Origin: an uncultured Phycisphaeraceae bacterium
Lineage (GTDB): Bacteria; Planctomycetota; Phycisphaerae; Phycisphaerales; Phycisphaeraceae
Assembly: GCA_964649195.1 (NCBI GenBank)
Contig: CAZYPK010000004.1
Coordinates: forward strand, 8,000 to 71,999
Reading direction: 5' to 3'
Length of the DNA stretch: 64,000 nucleotides
Below the pieces are notes generated by a model. That model did not search any database. It was not told where the DNA came from and worked only from the letters and a program-made list of their open reading frames with translations. Of this stretch, positions 1-10,452 are shown one piece after another. The stretch's first letter is position 1. Each line of letters starts with the position of its first letter. Both the position numbers and the translations under genes were made by a program.

Positions 1-1
1 G

Positions 2-751
2 AAGAATGAGATTGAAGAGGCGCTGGCGACCGTGCCGGAAATCGCGCATCGGCAGGTGGGCAACATCTCCACGCCCGGTGAATGCGAAAAGCTCGCGGAT
101 CTGCTCGCGTTCATCATCAGCCATGATGGCGTGGTGGGCATCTATCAAGGCGCAGCCGAGACCGGCCCGCGTGCCCTGGGGCATCGTTCGATTCTGGCGA
201 ATCCGACGAATCCCAAGACCCTGGAGACGCTCAACAAGCTGGTGAAGTTCCGCGAGTTGATCCGTCCGCTGGCGCCGATGGCGACGCTGGAGGCGGCGCG
301 GAAGTGGTTTGATTTATCGCAGGGCGCCGAGGCCGATGAGTTCAATGCGTATAACTACATGGTGCTGACCAGCCGGGCGAAGCCGGAGGCGAAGGAAGTG
401 ATCCCTGCGGTGATTCACTTCGACGGCACCTGCCGGGTGCAGATCGTGCGACAGCACGTCGATCCGTTCATCCATGCCTATCTCAAGGCGATGGGCAGGC
501 GCGTCGGCGCGGAAGTCAGCGTCAACACGTCGCTCAACGTCGGCGCTCCCATCGCCCAGACCCCGGTGCAGGCATTGGAAACGCTCAAGAAAAGCAAAGG
601 CATGCACGCCTTGTTCATGATCGCCGAGAGCGGTGAACTGTATGTGGTCTGGCACAACATCAGGAGCGAACATAAAGATGCGGGTGCAGTGCTGCTGCAC
701 TGGCTGGAGCGAGCCGGGGCGTGTCGCCCCGAAGATGATCCATTCGATTGA
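2..751 (+). CDS. Carbamoyltransferase (NodU/CmcH-like), C-terminal part; 5' end outside window
   Basis: Frame is open from the window edge into listed ORF 32..751. Motifs GPRALGHRSILANP, HFDGTCRVQ and VNTSLN are typical of the carbamoyltransferase C-terminal domain. Confidence 0.8.
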   Translation, partial: KNEIEEALATVPEIAHRQVGNISTPGECEKLADLLAFIISHDGVVGIYQGAAETGPRALGHRSILANPTNPKTLETLNKLVKFRELIRPLAPMATLEAARKWFDLSQGAEADEFNAYNYMVLTSRAKPEAKEVIPAVIHFDGTCRVQIVRQHVDPFIHAYLKAMGRRVGAEVSVNTSLNVGAPIAQTPVQALETLKKSKGMHALFMIAESGELYVVWHNIRSEHKDAGAVLLHWLERAGACRPEDDPFD

Positions 752-790
752 ATCGATGGTGTCGGGCCGAATACGGCCCGGCTCGCTGCC

Positions 791-1840
791 TCACACCCGC
801 GCCACTGCCGCGACCTGTTCGGCGGCGCGTTGGCGCAGCACATCGAGCATGCCCCGCACCTCCTCGGCCATCTTCGAGTTGGGGAACTCGCGGATGATCT
901 GTTCGCCGACGCGGGCCGCGGCGGTCCATTCCTTGTCGTGTACGGCCAGCTTGAACTGCACGCCCAGGTTCTGCCGCTTCTTGCCGATGACGCCTCGCGC
1001 CGTTTCCAGGAACGGCGCCGCATCGCCTTCGGTGAGGTACTTGTCCAGTTCCTTCATCATTTCCATGGCGACCTCGATGTCATCGCGCCCTGCCGCATCG
1101 AGGAACTTGCGTTCGAGCTCATGCTTGTAGCGGTCCCTTGCATCGCGGACGCGCTTGCGCAGGTTCTGCACACGATCGCTCTCCGCATAGACGCGCTCGA
1201 TGCGGCCCGCTTCGAGGATCGCCTTCTCGAACTCGTGACGGGCCACCATCTGGTCGATGGCGCGGATGGCGTCATCGATCTTCTTCTCCTGCTCGGCGGC
1301 GCGGGCCGCCTCGATCTCGCTGCGGAACTGCTCCGCTTCCAGGCGATAGCCATACACCTGGCTCATCTGGCTGACGAGGGTGAGGGCCGCTTCGTAATCG
1401 CGCTTGTCGATGTCCTCGCGAATGGCCTTTCGCAGGGCCTGCCGATCGCGTTCGCGGTAGAGGATGCGCTTGGCGGTGTCGGAGAGCATCAGCGCATCGC
1501 GCAGCGAGCCGAGGGAATCGCCGCCGCCCCCGCCGGAGGAGGGGCGATTGGCGAGTTTGTTCAATGCGGAGACAAGCAGGTGAAGCCCTGCGGTGAGGAT
1601 GAGGGCGAGCACCCCCAGTCCCAGCAGGGTGCCGTCGTTGAATCTGGTGTGATTGAAGATGAGCGCGCCTTGCACGATCATCCAGACGCTGCCGCCGAAC
1701 ATGATGAGGAACACCAGCGCGGTGGCGCCATCGGTGGAGCCGCCGTTTGATGAAGTGTTTGAAGGGTGGCTTTCATTGTTTCCGGGGGTTCCGGGGGTTC
1801 CGGGGTTGTTGTTCTGGGCCATGATGTCCCTCGCTTTCAA
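791..1840 (-). CDS. Hypothetical membrane-anchored protein with long charged helical (coiled-coil/TPR-like) C-terminal domain
   Basis: 349-aa ORF with two hydrophobic segments after a low-complexity N-terminus, then an E/R/K-rich helical region. No family recognised. Confidence 0.6.
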   Translation of the reverse strand: MKARDIMAQNNNPGTPGTPGNNESHPSNTSSNGGSTDGATALVFLIMFGGSVWMIVQGALIFNHTRFNDGTLLGLGVLALILTAGLHLLVSALNKLANRPSSGGGGGDSLGSLRDALMLSDTAKRILYRERDRQALRKAIREDIDKRDYEAALTLVSQMSQVYGYRLEAEQFRSEIEAARAAEQEKKIDDAIRAIDQMVARHEFEKAILEAGRIERVYAESDRVQNLRKRVRDARDRYKHELERKFLDAAGRDDIEVAMEMMKELDKYLTEGDAAPFLETARGVIGKKRQNLGVQFKLAVHDKEWTAAARVGEQIIREFPNSKMAEEVRGMLDVLRQRAAEQVAAVARV

Positions 1841-1916
1841 GTGAAATGACTGACTGACGATTCATGACACGTTTATTCTAGCATCGGAACGGTGACTTGG
1901 AAGCGAAGCGGGCAGA

Positions 1917-1957
1917 CCCACCCACAGGAGTGGGTGGGCGTTGTCTGTTCCTTGTTT
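1917..1957 (+). promoter_or_regulatory. Hairpin of the same CCCAC...GTGGG family in the nth leader
   Basis: Stem CCCACCCAC/GTGGGTGGG, loop AGGA, then the T-rich CGTTGTCTGTTCCTTGTTTCCC. Lies between divergent genes. Confidence 0.4.
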
Positions 1958-1990
1958 CCCGTTCCCCGGCCCTCGATACAATCTCACGGC

Positions 1991-2680
1991 ATGGCAGCGA
2001 CAAAAACGCGACAACCCAAACCGCAGACCCGACTGCTGGCCGAGGAACTTTATCGCAGGCTCCTCGCGCTGTATCCCGATGCGAAGTGCGCATTGAACCA
2101 TCGCAACGCCTTCGAACTGCTCATCGCCACGATTCTCTCGGCCCAGTGTACCGATGCCCGCGTCAACATGGTCACCCCCGCCCTCTTCAAACGGTTTCCC
2201 AAGCCCGCCGACTTTGCCAAGGCTTCGCTCGGCGAGATCGAAACGCTCATCCGTTCCACCGGCTTCTACCGCAACAAGGCCAAGTCGATTCAGGGCGCCT
2301 CCAAACTGCTCGTGGAAAAGTTCGACGGCCAGGTGCCTCGCACCATGGACGAACTGCTCGAACTGCCCGGCGTGGCGCGCAAGACCGCCAACGTCGTCCT
2401 CGGCAACGCCTTCGGCATCAACGTCGGCATGGTCGTGGACACCCACATCGGTCGCCTGTCGCGGCGGCTGGGCCTTTCAAAACACGATGACCCCGGCAAG
2501 GTCGAACGCGACCTGATGAACCTCTTCCCCAGCGAGAACTGGATGACGCTCGCCCACCTGCTCATCTATCACGGCAGGCAGGTGTGCGCAGCCCGCAAGC
2601 CGGCCTGCGAGCGCTGCACTTTATCGGATATCTGCCCCAGGAAGGGTGTCGCGCTTCGCAAAGTCACCGGATCATCCTGA
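1991..2680 (+). CDS. nth: Endonuclease III (DNA glycosylase/AP lyase)
   Basis: HhH-GPD motif LPGVARKTANVVL and Fe-S loop CAARKPACERCTLSDIC. Start moved to the internal ATG at 1991 (MAATKTRQ); the upstream part of the ORF covers a hairpin. Confidence 0.93.
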   Translation: MAATKTRQPKPQTRLLAEELYRRLLALYPDAKCALNHRNAFELLIATILSAQCTDARVNMVTPALFKRFPKPADFAKASLGEIETLIRSTGFYRNKAKSIQGASKLLVEKFDGQVPRTMDELLELPGVARKTANVVLGNAFGINVGMVVDTHIGRLSRRLGLSKHDDPGKVERDLMNLFPSENWMTLAHLLIYHGRQVCAARKPACERCTLSDICPRKGVALRKVTGSS

Positions 2681-2682
2681 AC

Positions 2683-4233
2683 TCAATTGACGGGCGACTC
2701 CAAAGAAGAATGATGGGTGAATCTGTAGAGGGCGACAAAACGATCCTGCCATATGATCGTCAATCGCCCGCGAGATGACAGGGCTTCGTTCAGTTCGGCA
2801 AGTCCCTCGATGACCGCGCCGTGATGATGGCTCACAGCCAGGAGCACATCGCGGCGGGTGGACAATCCCATGAGGGGGATCAGTTCCTTGCCGGACGTGC
2901 CGACCGTGATCCACCCCGATTCCCGGATCGATCCTGCAATCGGACGCGGAGCCAACGCTTGGTTGATGCGTGCGGCCGGCATGAGCACAACGATGTCATC
3001 GTTGGTCGCAACCTCGGCGGTTCGGTCAAGCAGCTTATCCACCGAGGCCACCTCGTAGTCCGCACCGCCCGATTCGCGCCACACCACCGCAAGCAACAGA
3101 AGTGCGGGAATCAGGCCGGCCCAACGTGACATGAGACGGGCATTCCCCCCTTTGATCCATGCGTTGCATCTGCACAACAACCAATCGGCAAATTGAATGG
3201 GACCGAAAGCGGCGGCCAGATGCAACAGGACGAGCATGTGAACATTAACGCGCATATTCAACGGCCACACTTTGAACGTCGCGGCCGCCAACGTGATCAT
3301 CACCACACTCAGGACACCCAATCCCGAAATCGGATCCTGGCGAATCCAAAAAACCAGGCCGACAATCGACAGCGAAAGAACGATGCCGCCGGACAGCGCT
3401 TCGTAGCGAAACCAACAGTTTTCGATGAGTGTCGCCAGGGATCGGAAGGCATGTGAAGGCCAGTTGAAATCCAGGGGCAGGTAATACTGATGCCAGAATC
3501 CTTCAATCGTGGCGCTGCCTGCGATGAGCCGATTGAATTGAGTGTGTATCACGCCCGCAATCACCGCCAGGGCGAACGCGAACAGCAACGCCCGCCTCAG
3601 TTGCGGATACTCGCGGGCTTTGATCAGTGAAAGACCGGCCACGAGACCGGTTCCCGCAACGCCGAACCACGCCGCAAACGTGCAGGAAATCGCAAGCAAT
3701 GCGAGCAGAAACCAAATCCATGCGGCCCGGCCGCGCACGGCAGGCGGACCCGCAACCCAGGCTCGCATGGCCAGAAGCAATCCGAGCGTGATGGCGGCCT
3801 CAAAGACGTACTGTTTGATTTCCGTCGCATAGCGTTGAAACATGGGCATGAGCGCCAACACGGCCACCGCGGCAAGGGATGGAACAAGGTGGCGCGTGCC
3901 TCTGGACGCCAATCGCAACGCCATCAACACCACCACCCCGCCCGCCAGGGCCGATGCCACGCGAAATGCCGTGACTTCCAACGGAGCCAGTGTCGAAAAC
4001 CAATGCATGAACGCCACATGGCCCAAAGGCGCCGGAGCGCTGTTGTGCAACAAGATCGCCCAGCCTTGCGATATGGCCGGCTGAATCGCGGCTTCGATCA
4101 CCCACGCCTCGTCATAGAACGCGGAACGATTCAGATGCGGCCACAACGCCGCGACAATGGTCACGAACACAATCAAACAAAATATCCTGCTCGCCAAGCC
4201 TTCGCGAGAATGAGATGCTTCCTTGAGAATCAT
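2683..4233 (-). CDS. Polytopic membrane protein, putative ArnT/PMT-like (GT39/GT83-type) glycosyltransferase
   Basis: 516-aa ORF with more than 10 predicted hydrophobic helices followed by a soluble C-terminal domain. The family call is by architecture only. Confidence 0.55.
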   Translation of the reverse strand: MILKEASHSREGLASRIFCLIVFVTIVAALWPHLNRSAFYDEAWVIEAAIQPAISQGWAILLHNSAPAPLGHVAFMHWFSTLAPLEVTAFRVASALAGGVVVLMALRLASRGTRHLVPSLAAVAVLALMPMFQRYATEIKQYVFEAAITLGLLLAMRAWVAGPPAVRGRAAWIWFLLALLAISCTFAAWFGVAGTGLVAGLSLIKAREYPQLRRALLFAFALAVIAGVIHTQFNRLIAGSATIEGFWHQYYLPLDFNWPSHAFRSLATLIENCWFRYEALSGGIVLSLSIVGLVFWIRQDPISGLGVLSVVMITLAAATFKVWPLNMRVNVHMLVLLHLAAAFGPIQFADWLLCRCNAWIKGGNARLMSRWAGLIPALLLLAVVWRESGGADYEVASVDKLLDRTAEVATNDDIVVLMPAARINQALAPRPIAGSIRESGWITVGTSGKELIPLMGLSTRRDVLLAVSHHHGAVIEGLAELNEALSSRGRLTIIWQDRFVALYRFTHHSSLESPVN

Positions 4234-4520
4234 TGTCGCTTTTTATCGGTTCAAATGACTTTTTCCTTTATCGTCATATCAAGTTGGACGACCGCCCGTG
4301 GACCTTCCGGGCTTCTCTGGAATAGCGATGAATCCAAGTGCGGAATAACCATTTCCTGACAACCGCACTTCAAACGAACGGGAACGGCGGCGGCTTCGTA
4401 AGATCGATCGAGGCGCCGGGCCTGCCGCAGGAGCGGGCCGGGTTTTCAGCGCTGGAAGCGGACGCCAACACAAAACTCCCATCGTCACCACCGGCCGGAT
4501 CGTCATGACCGGCACCCAAC

Positions 4521-6962
4521 ATGACGATAGTTAGCTTGACGGTCTGCGCGGCGAAGTTGTTCCCGCTGGAGGATCGCAGGCAAGGTACGGGTTATCGGTA
4601 CAGACTCATGATGATTGCGGCCGTCAATCCGATCTCGTTCGAACTGCCTCATGCCCTGATGTTGATCTGGCTTTTGATTGGGGCCTTGGCCATATGGCTG
4701 GCCAAGCGGTTTCATCTGCCGCGCTATCAGTCCGTCTCCATTTTTCTGCCGATGGCGCTGGGGCTGGTCATCTTCGCTACCTACGTCACCACACGATTCA
4801 ACTATGACTTTCTGATCGATGACATCGACATCGTGCGGAACAATCCCAACGTCGTCGAAGCCGATGGCTGGCGCACGCTCTGGGGCAGCGACTACTGGTA
4901 CGGCCAATCGACGGATGACAATCTCTACCGCCCCGTCACCACGCTCAGTTACTGGATCAACGCCCGCCTGCCGCGGTGCGGCACCATCGTCGATGGCCGC
5001 GCGACGGAGATGTTTCCCCGGTACTTCCGCGGCGCGAACATCGTGCTGCTGACGGCGCTGGCCTGGCTGATCGCCGTGTGGCTGTCGCATTACGTGCAAC
5101 TGACCGCGGCCTGGATCGTGGCGTTTCTCTTCGCGCTTCATGCGGCGCACGGCGAGATGGTCAACTACATCGTCTGCCGCGCCGACCTGCTGACGATGCT
5201 GGGCATCGTGGGGTTTCTTTACATGCAACGGCTGGCGATCGAGCAGGGCCGCTGGCGCTGGTGGCACGGGGCGCTGGCGATGCTCAGCGCGATCGTCGCC
5301 TTCGGCTCGAAGGAAACGGGGCTTATTCTGATTCCCGCGGCAGCGACGCAGGCGTGGATCGGGCCGCGCCATGCCAACACCGAAGTCACCGATGATCTGC
5401 CGGTCATCCCGCGTTCCGTTCATGCCGGCTGGCTGCTGCTGCTGCTGTTGCCGCTGGGCTTGTGGCTGGCGGCGCGGTTTGCGGTCGTCGGCACGGGCCT
5501 GGATTACACCGCTCAGTTCATGGATGACCTGCGCGACAATCCGCTGCGCCGCGTCACGCTGCTCGAACGCCTTCCCGCCGCCTTCGCCATCGCATGGTTT
5601 TACTTCAGCCAGATTTTTTCGCCCGACACGGCCTACTACCACCTGCCGACGGAACTGCCCACGTTTGCATCGCGCGAAGCGATACTGGGCGTCACGCTCG
5701 TCACCGTGCTCACCCTGACACTGATCCACACGATCCGGCGTCATCGCTGGGTGGCGATCGGCATTGTGATCGCCATGGGGCAGTACCTGATCGTGGGTAA
5801 TCTGCTGATGCCCGTGGGGGTTTATGCAGCCAACCGGCTGATGCCGCCCTTCTCGCTGGGGGCGGCGATCATCGTTGCGGGCGGGCTGCATCGGTTCTGC
5901 CGCCATTCCACCCGTCGAAGAGCGGTGGCCATTCTGCCCAGCCTGGCCGCGCTGATCCTGATGGCGGTTCAGATTCAGAACGTGAACCACGTCTGGCGCA
6001 CGGAGGCGCGATTGATGGGGCACGACCTGATGCTCAAGCCGGGCCATCCGGTCGCCCTCTACAACTTCGGCACGGTGCGGGCCCGCGAAGCGACATTGGC
6101 CGACCGCCACATTCGAGCCTTGACCCATGCCCTGGACATGGTCAGCCTCGCCAACCGAACCGTGCATTCCTCGGAGCCGCTGTCCAAAAGCGACCGCGCC
6201 AAAATCACCGACACCCTCGAACGCCTCCGGGCCGAAATGACCATCCTGCACGAAGGCATCATGAACCTCGAACAGACCCAGGCGCTGCGCGATGTCGTGG
6301 CCCTTGTGGACCGCACGCTCCTGAAAGACGGCCCGGCTCTGACCGCGCAGGACCTGACCGATGCGGAAAAGAAGCTCAACCTCGCGCTCGAGGAGAACCT
6401 TCGACTCTCGGCTCAATACTGGAGCGAATCGATGGCCATGCTCGGACAGGTCGTCACGCTTCGGCCTCAATCCCTCAGCGGATCGCTGGAGTTCGGACGG
6501 GCGATGGAGCTGCGAGGCATGAAGGCCCAGGCGCGCGACCAGTACCGCGACCTGGTCAACAAGGCCGCCGACGACACCGACCTGCGCGTCATCGAAGCCC
6601 GCGTGCGGTACGCCAAGCTGAGCATCGACCTGAGCCTGGACCCTGCCGGAGCCGAGCGAAGCGTGCTCATCGTCGCAAAGCTGCTCGATGTCATCCTGCA
6701 CGAGAACGCCACGCTTGCGCCCGGCCTGCGAAATGATCTGGTCGCGCTGCATCGCAACGCGCTGCGATACCACGGCATCATCGCCTGGAAGGTCGGCGAC
6801 ATCCCCCTGGCCCTGCGACGTCACGGCGAACTGCTGCTGAAATATCCCGACTTCGACGAAGCCAGGACCGACCAGGCGCAGTGGATCGATCAGCTCACCC
6901 CGCACGACGCCCGGCGCGATGATCCCAGGCAACCCGCGGTGCATGGCGCACCGCAGCGATGA
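4521..6962 (+). CDS. Polytopic membrane protein with C-terminal TPR-like repeats (TMTC/PMT_2-like putative mannosyltransferase)
   Basis: 813 aa. The N-terminal half is multi-TM with a NLYRPVTTLSYWIN motif. The C-terminal roughly 300 aa is helical-repeat. The start could be an internal Met (MMIAAV). Confidence 0.7.
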   Translation: MTIVSLTVCAAKLFPLEDRRQGTGYRYRLMMIAAVNPISFELPHALMLIWLLIGALAIWLAKRFHLPRYQSVSIFLPMALGLVIFATYVTTRFNYDFLIDDIDIVRNNPNVVEADGWRTLWGSDYWYGQSTDDNLYRPVTTLSYWINARLPRCGTIVDGRATEMFPRYFRGANIVLLTALAWLIAVWLSHYVQLTAAWIVAFLFALHAAHGEMVNYIVCRADLLTMLGIVGFLYMQRLAIEQGRWRWWHGALAMLSAIVAFGSKETGLILIPAAATQAWIGPRHANTEVTDDLPVIPRSVHAGWLLLLLLPLGLWLAARFAVVGTGLDYTAQFMDDLRDNPLRRVTLLERLPAAFAIAWFYFSQIFSPDTAYYHLPTELPTFASREAILGVTLVTVLTLTLIHTIRRHRWVAIGIVIAMGQYLIVGNLLMPVGVYAANRLMPPFSLGAAIIVAGGLHRFCRHSTRRRAVAILPSLAALILMAVQIQNVNHVWRTEARLMGHDLMLKPGHPVALYNFGTVRAREATLADRHIRALTHALDMVSLANRTVHSSEPLSKSDRAKITDTLERLRAEMTILHEGIMNLEQTQALRDVVALVDRTLLKDGPALTAQDLTDAEKKLNLALEENLRLSAQYWSESMAMLGQVVTLRPQSLSGSLEFGRAMELRGMKAQARDQYRDLVNKAADDTDLRVIEARVRYAKLSIDLSLDPAGAERSVLIVAKLLDVILHENATLAPGLRNDLVALHRNALRYHGIIAWKVGDIPLALRRHGELLLKYPDFDEARTDQAQWIDQLTPHDARRDDPRQPAVHGAPQR

Positions 6963-7109
6963 GGTTTGAACCGGAGCCGGGGGTGGGGGCGCCAAAGGCA
7001 CGGCCCCTTCAAGGGGCCGTGCCCTTGGTCCCCGACTCTCCCTGACTCTCGCTTGTGCCTGCTCCGCTTCATCCCTATCCTCTGCTCCCCGCATTCAAGG
7101 AGCACTCCG

Positions 7110-7460
7110 ATGTCCGACAAGCCCACCATCACCTACGACGATTTCGCCAAGATCGATCTCCGCGTGGCCACCATCACCCAGGCGGAGTTTCACCCCAATG
7201 CCGACCGGCTGTTCAAACTTCAGATCGACCTGGGCGACAGCCAACGGCAGATTTGCGCCGGCATCAAGGGCTACTACCAGCCGGAGGAACTCGTGGGCAA
7301 ACAGATCATCGTGGTGACGAACCTGGAGCCGCGCAAAATCCGCGGCGAGGAAAGCAACGGCATGCTGCTGGCCGCCAGCGCGATGGAAGGCCAAGAGCTT
7401 CGGGATGTCGTTCTGCTCGCGCCCGGCAAGCCGGTGCCCAATGGTTCGGGCGTGAAGTGA
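7110..7460 (+). CDS. tRNA-binding domain protein (CsaA/EMAP-like)
   Basis: DFAKIDLRVATI...ICAGIKGYY...IIVVTNLEPRKIRGEESNGMLLAA matches the OB-fold tRNA-binding domain. AAGGAG-like RBS lies upstream of the ATG at 7110. Confidence 0.85.
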   Translation: MSDKPTITYDDFAKIDLRVATITQAEFHPNADRLFKLQIDLGDSQRQICAGIKGYYQPEELVGKQIIVVTNLEPRKIRGEESNGMLLAASAMEGQELRDVVLLAPGKPVPNGSGVK

Positions 7461-7492
7461 GAAGCGAAGGGCCGCGCCTTGGCGGCCGCGCC

Positions 7493-8065
7493 TTAACCGA
7501 TCGGTTTCGCGGGTACGCCGCCGACCTTCGCGCCGGGAGGCACGGGTTTCACCACGACCGCGCCGGCGCCGACGATGGCCCCTTCGCCCACATCGGCCAT
7601 GATGATCGCCCCGGCGCCGAGCCAGGCCCCTTTGCCGATGGTGACCTGGCTGAAGGTCTGCTCGTTGTCGCGCAGGGTGGCGCTTTCGCTTGATTCGCTG
7701 CCGTGCTGATGCCGGCCCGAGAGAATCTGCACGCCGTCGGCGAGCATGGCATCATCACCGATCCGCGCCCAGCCGATGGTGCAGAAGCGACCGATATAGA
7801 CGCGATCGCCCAGCGCGGCCTGCCGCTTGCTGAAGAGCGACATGAAGCCGAAGTGAACATCTTCGCCGACGTGGGCGAGCGTCCTTTTGTAGAACGATTG
7901 CCGCACGAAATTCCCCAGCGGCCCGGTCCAACCGGCGATGGATTCGCTGATGCAGATGAAGGCGCGTTCCGGTCCGAGCACGGCCTTCCACAAACCATGC
8001 CGGATGCGATAAGGCGCTGCGAAGAGCGACCCCAGAACACGCGCGATGGATTTGGCTTTGCTCAC
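7493..8065 (-). CDS. Hexapeptide-repeat (LbH) acyl/acetyltransferase
   Basis: Repeats IGDDAMLADGVQI, IGKGAWLGAGAII and VGEGAIVGAGAVV. The listed ORF reaches 8140 (TTG), but its first roughly 25 codons are encoded by the CAGGAAA tandem repeat. GTG at 8065 is used here and the start is uncertain. Confidence 0.7.
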   Translation of the reverse strand: MSKAKSIARVLGSLFAAPYRIRHGLWKAVLGPERAFICISESIAGWTGPLGNFVRQSFYKRTLAHVGEDVHFGFMSLFSKRQAALGDRVYIGRFCTIGWARIGDDAMLADGVQILSGRHQHGSESSESATLRDNEQTFSQVTIGKGAWLGAGAIIMADVGEGAIVGAGAVVVKPVPPGAKVGGVPAKPIG

Positions 8066-8136
8066 GGAAAATGTATCGGCTGGAGGAGGGAGAAAGGCGG
8101 AAAACAGGGAAGCAGAAAAACAGGAAAGCAGGAAAT

Positions 8137-9450
8137 TCAAACCGGTTCACTGCGGCCGGGCGATGCCAATGCGTACTCCGTATTTTTCGCGTTCTCCTTG
8201 CCCAGCACCTTGTCGTAGATCGCCTCGATCTTCTCCATGCGGCGGGTGAAGCTGTATTGCCTTTCGATCAGCGTTCGGCCTTCTTCCGTCATGCGTTGCC
8301 GCAGCGGTTCATCGGTCACCGCCCGGCGCATCGCATCGGTCAGCGCATCCACATCGCCGATGTCCACCAGCAACCCGTTGACCCCGTCGGTGATCATCCC
8401 GGGCACGCCCGCCACCTTCGTCGAAACCACCGGCACGCGCATCGCCATCGACTCGAGCACCACGTTGGGCAACCCTTCGCGCAGGCTCGAAAGCACGAAC
8501 AAATCCATCGCGTGATACAGGGCAAGCGTGTCGCTGACGAACCCGAGCAGCTTCACGCGGTCGGCCACCTTCAGGTGATCGATCAGTTTTTGAAGCTCAG
8601 GTTTCGCATCGCCATCACCTGCGATCCACAGTTCGATGTCATGCCCTTCACGGATGAGTTTGGCGGCGGCCTGGATGAGCAGATTGAAACCCTTTTCCGC
8701 ACTGAGCCGCCCCACCGCACCAATCACCAGACGACTGCCGGGCGTGCCTTTGTCCAATCGCATCGGAGATTCGCCGGCGACGTGCCTGCGGCTGAAGGTT
8801 TTCTCATCGATCGCGTTATGCACCAGCGTGTGGCGATCTTCGGGAATCTTCAGTTCCTTCACCACCTCGAGCAGGTCTTCGGAGACGCAGATCACATGGT
8901 GATACCACTTGAGGCTCCAGCGATCGACGGCGTAATAGAGCGGCGTCCTGCTCGTGTGCTTCACCCAGCCATGCACGGTGGTCACCAGTTTCATCCTGTG
9001 AAACGGACGCAGCATCAGGCCGATGAGGTTCGATTTGTAATCGTGGCCATGCCATATCTTGACGTTGTACCGCTTGCAAAGACCGAGCATCCTGGCAAGC
9101 ACCTTGCGATCCAGCGGCCCGCGATCAGGCACGCTGATGAGCGGGCTGCTCCAGTTTTTGGCGCGATCCTGAACCGTGGCGAAGCCCTTGTCCTCGGGCG
9201 GATGCATATACGCGGCCGCCAGCCAATAGTTGGAATGAGAAAGGAAAGGCGAAGAGAGCAGAATTGTTTTGTCAGGACCGCCGCCTGTTTCAGTGACCAC
9301 ACGGGTATGAAGCACGACATCGCGCCCAGGCGGCGCGATGGGCAGGCCTTGGTCGTCAAGTTTCAGGTGGTCGGCAGGTGTGTCCACGGATGGCCTCGGG
9401 AACAAGCGGACGAACAGGAAGAAGCGGCGGATGGCGATCTCATGAAACAA
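8137..9450 (-). CDS. Glycosyltransferase family 4 (GT-B, group 1)
   Basis: Motifs GGGPDK, SLREGLPNVVLESMAMRVPVVSTKVAGVPGMI and a C-terminal E-x7-E type region. Confidence 0.85.
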   Translation of the reverse strand: MFHEIAIRRFFLFVRLFPRPSVDTPADHLKLDDQGLPIAPPGRDVVLHTRVVTETGGGPDKTILLSSPFLSHSNYWLAAAYMHPPEDKGFATVQDRAKNWSSPLISVPDRGPLDRKVLARMLGLCKRYNVKIWHGHDYKSNLIGLMLRPFHRMKLVTTVHGWVKHTSRTPLYYAVDRWSLKWYHHVICVSEDLLEVVKELKIPEDRHTLVHNAIDEKTFSRRHVAGESPMRLDKGTPGSRLVIGAVGRLSAEKGFNLLIQAAAKLIREGHDIELWIAGDGDAKPELQKLIDHLKVADRVKLLGFVSDTLALYHAMDLFVLSSLREGLPNVVLESMAMRVPVVSTKVAGVPGMITDGVNGLLVDIGDVDALTDAMRRAVTDEPLRQRMTEEGRTLIERQYSFTRRMEKIEAIYDKVLGKENAKNTEYALASPGRSEPV

Positions 9451-9630
9451 TCGCCCGCATTGGCATCGTCGTCTGTTTACATGAGCGATAGCGATGGCGC
9501 CGGAGAATCAGGGATTATTTTCGATTAGTGGCCACGTATGACAACCATGCAGACTGTACGCAGGACATGATTGGAAAGGTCGAAAAAAACGGCCGTTCGA
9601 TTTGGAGCCAGGGCGTGATAAGCAGAAAGG

Positions 9631-9715
9631 ACTCCTAAATAACCTCGCGCCCAAGCCGCTTGCGGCGTAGCAATCCCCTGGTTCACGGTACATCGGGCGG
9701 TTATTCAGAAGTCCC
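9631..9715 (+). repeat. Repeat family R1 (GAATAACC ... GGTTATTC hairpin element), copy 1
   Basis: Shared core AATAACC-N-CGCCCAAGCCGCTTGCGG-N-ATCCCCTGGTTCACGG-N-GGTTATTC with the other R1 copies. Confidence 0.8.
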
Positions 9716-9775
9716 GGAACTTTCTTCAAGCAAGTGGCCGGCGGGGTGGGCGGAGGTCTTCCGAACCTGAGTTCG

Positions 9776-10006
9776 ATAAGAGCGAGCCACGACGTAACAC
9801 GTCGCGGACATGAGCAGCCTCAAGGGTGGTCATGCACGCCTTGGACGGTGGAACTCGAAAACGCCAGGCATCGCATTCGCAGCCACGCGACAAACGGGCG
9901 CGTGCCGCTCATCCGCCGCGCGACGGATACCGCTCAGCCATCGCGCGATCGACACGCCTTCAGGTCGCACACGTCCGCGACTCGTTGAGTCGCGGCTCAC
10001 TCTTAC
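9776..10006 (+). repeat. Repeat family R2 (twin CCGCGAC-hairpin element with about 45-bp terminal inverted repeats), copy A
   Basis: Left hairpin CCACGAC-GTAACAC-GTCGCGG and right hairpin CCGCGAC-TCGTTGA-GTCGCGG. Inner TIR strands ACATGAGCAGCCTCAAGG and CCTTCAGGTCGCACACGT. Confidence 0.8.
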
Positions 10007-10173
10007 CTCCACGAATAGGGTTTTGCTCGCACCCGGTCATTGTCCTAACAAGAGAAACTCTTGTGTCAATAGCGACTTGCAGATAAAATGCGCGGAAGTG
10101 GTTGGATGCGTTATCCAATCTGTGGATAGACTAAACAATGGTTCGGCGTTGAAGCCCCGAGCTGCCGGAGGGC

Positions 10174-10443
10174 GTGGCGGTGGAGAAGCGGCGGGTCGTG
10201 ACCAACACCAGCGATCGGCTCATGCTGGTGTTCACCGAGCCGGAGGCGCAGGACTACTGGCTGCGGCCCGGCGATTCGGTTGAGGTTCGGGCCGAGGTTG
10301 CGTCCCCGACCGACGACTTCGAGCTGGAGGACACCCGCGACGGCGTCACCGTCTGGCCGTCCAACGGCATGGGGTACATCAGCACTTGGGCTAGCGGCGT
10401 GGAACTGGCGTGCGGGTTCCAGCGGCCCGCCGACTGGGCGTGA
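10174..10443 (+). CDS. Hypothetical small protein (candidate cassette ORF)
   Basis: 89-aa ORF with GTG start (in-frame alternative GTG at 10180). Followed 10 nt later by attC-like element a. No recognisable family. Confidence 0.45.
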   Translation: MAVEKRRVVTNTSDRLMLVFTEPEAQDYWLRPGDSVEVRAEVASPTDDFELEDTRDGVTVWPSNGMGYISTWASGVELACGFQRPADWA

Positions 10444-10452
10444 GCTGCAGCC

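Noticed and set aside
4503-7094. 863-aa ORF on the minus strand, the largest ORF in this region.
   Set aside because: It is antisense to the 813-aa multi-TM/TPR gene. Its translation is R/G/A/P/Q-rich low complexity with no domain signature. This is the typical shadow ORF of GC-rich DNA.
10043-10107. TCCTAAC ... GTTGGAT considered as a sixth attC-like site or attI upstream of the first small ORF.
   Set aside because: The boxes are present, but the interior has no convincing complementary arms. Only a short ACAAGAG/CTCTTGT hairpin is there, and the first box starts with T rather than a purine.
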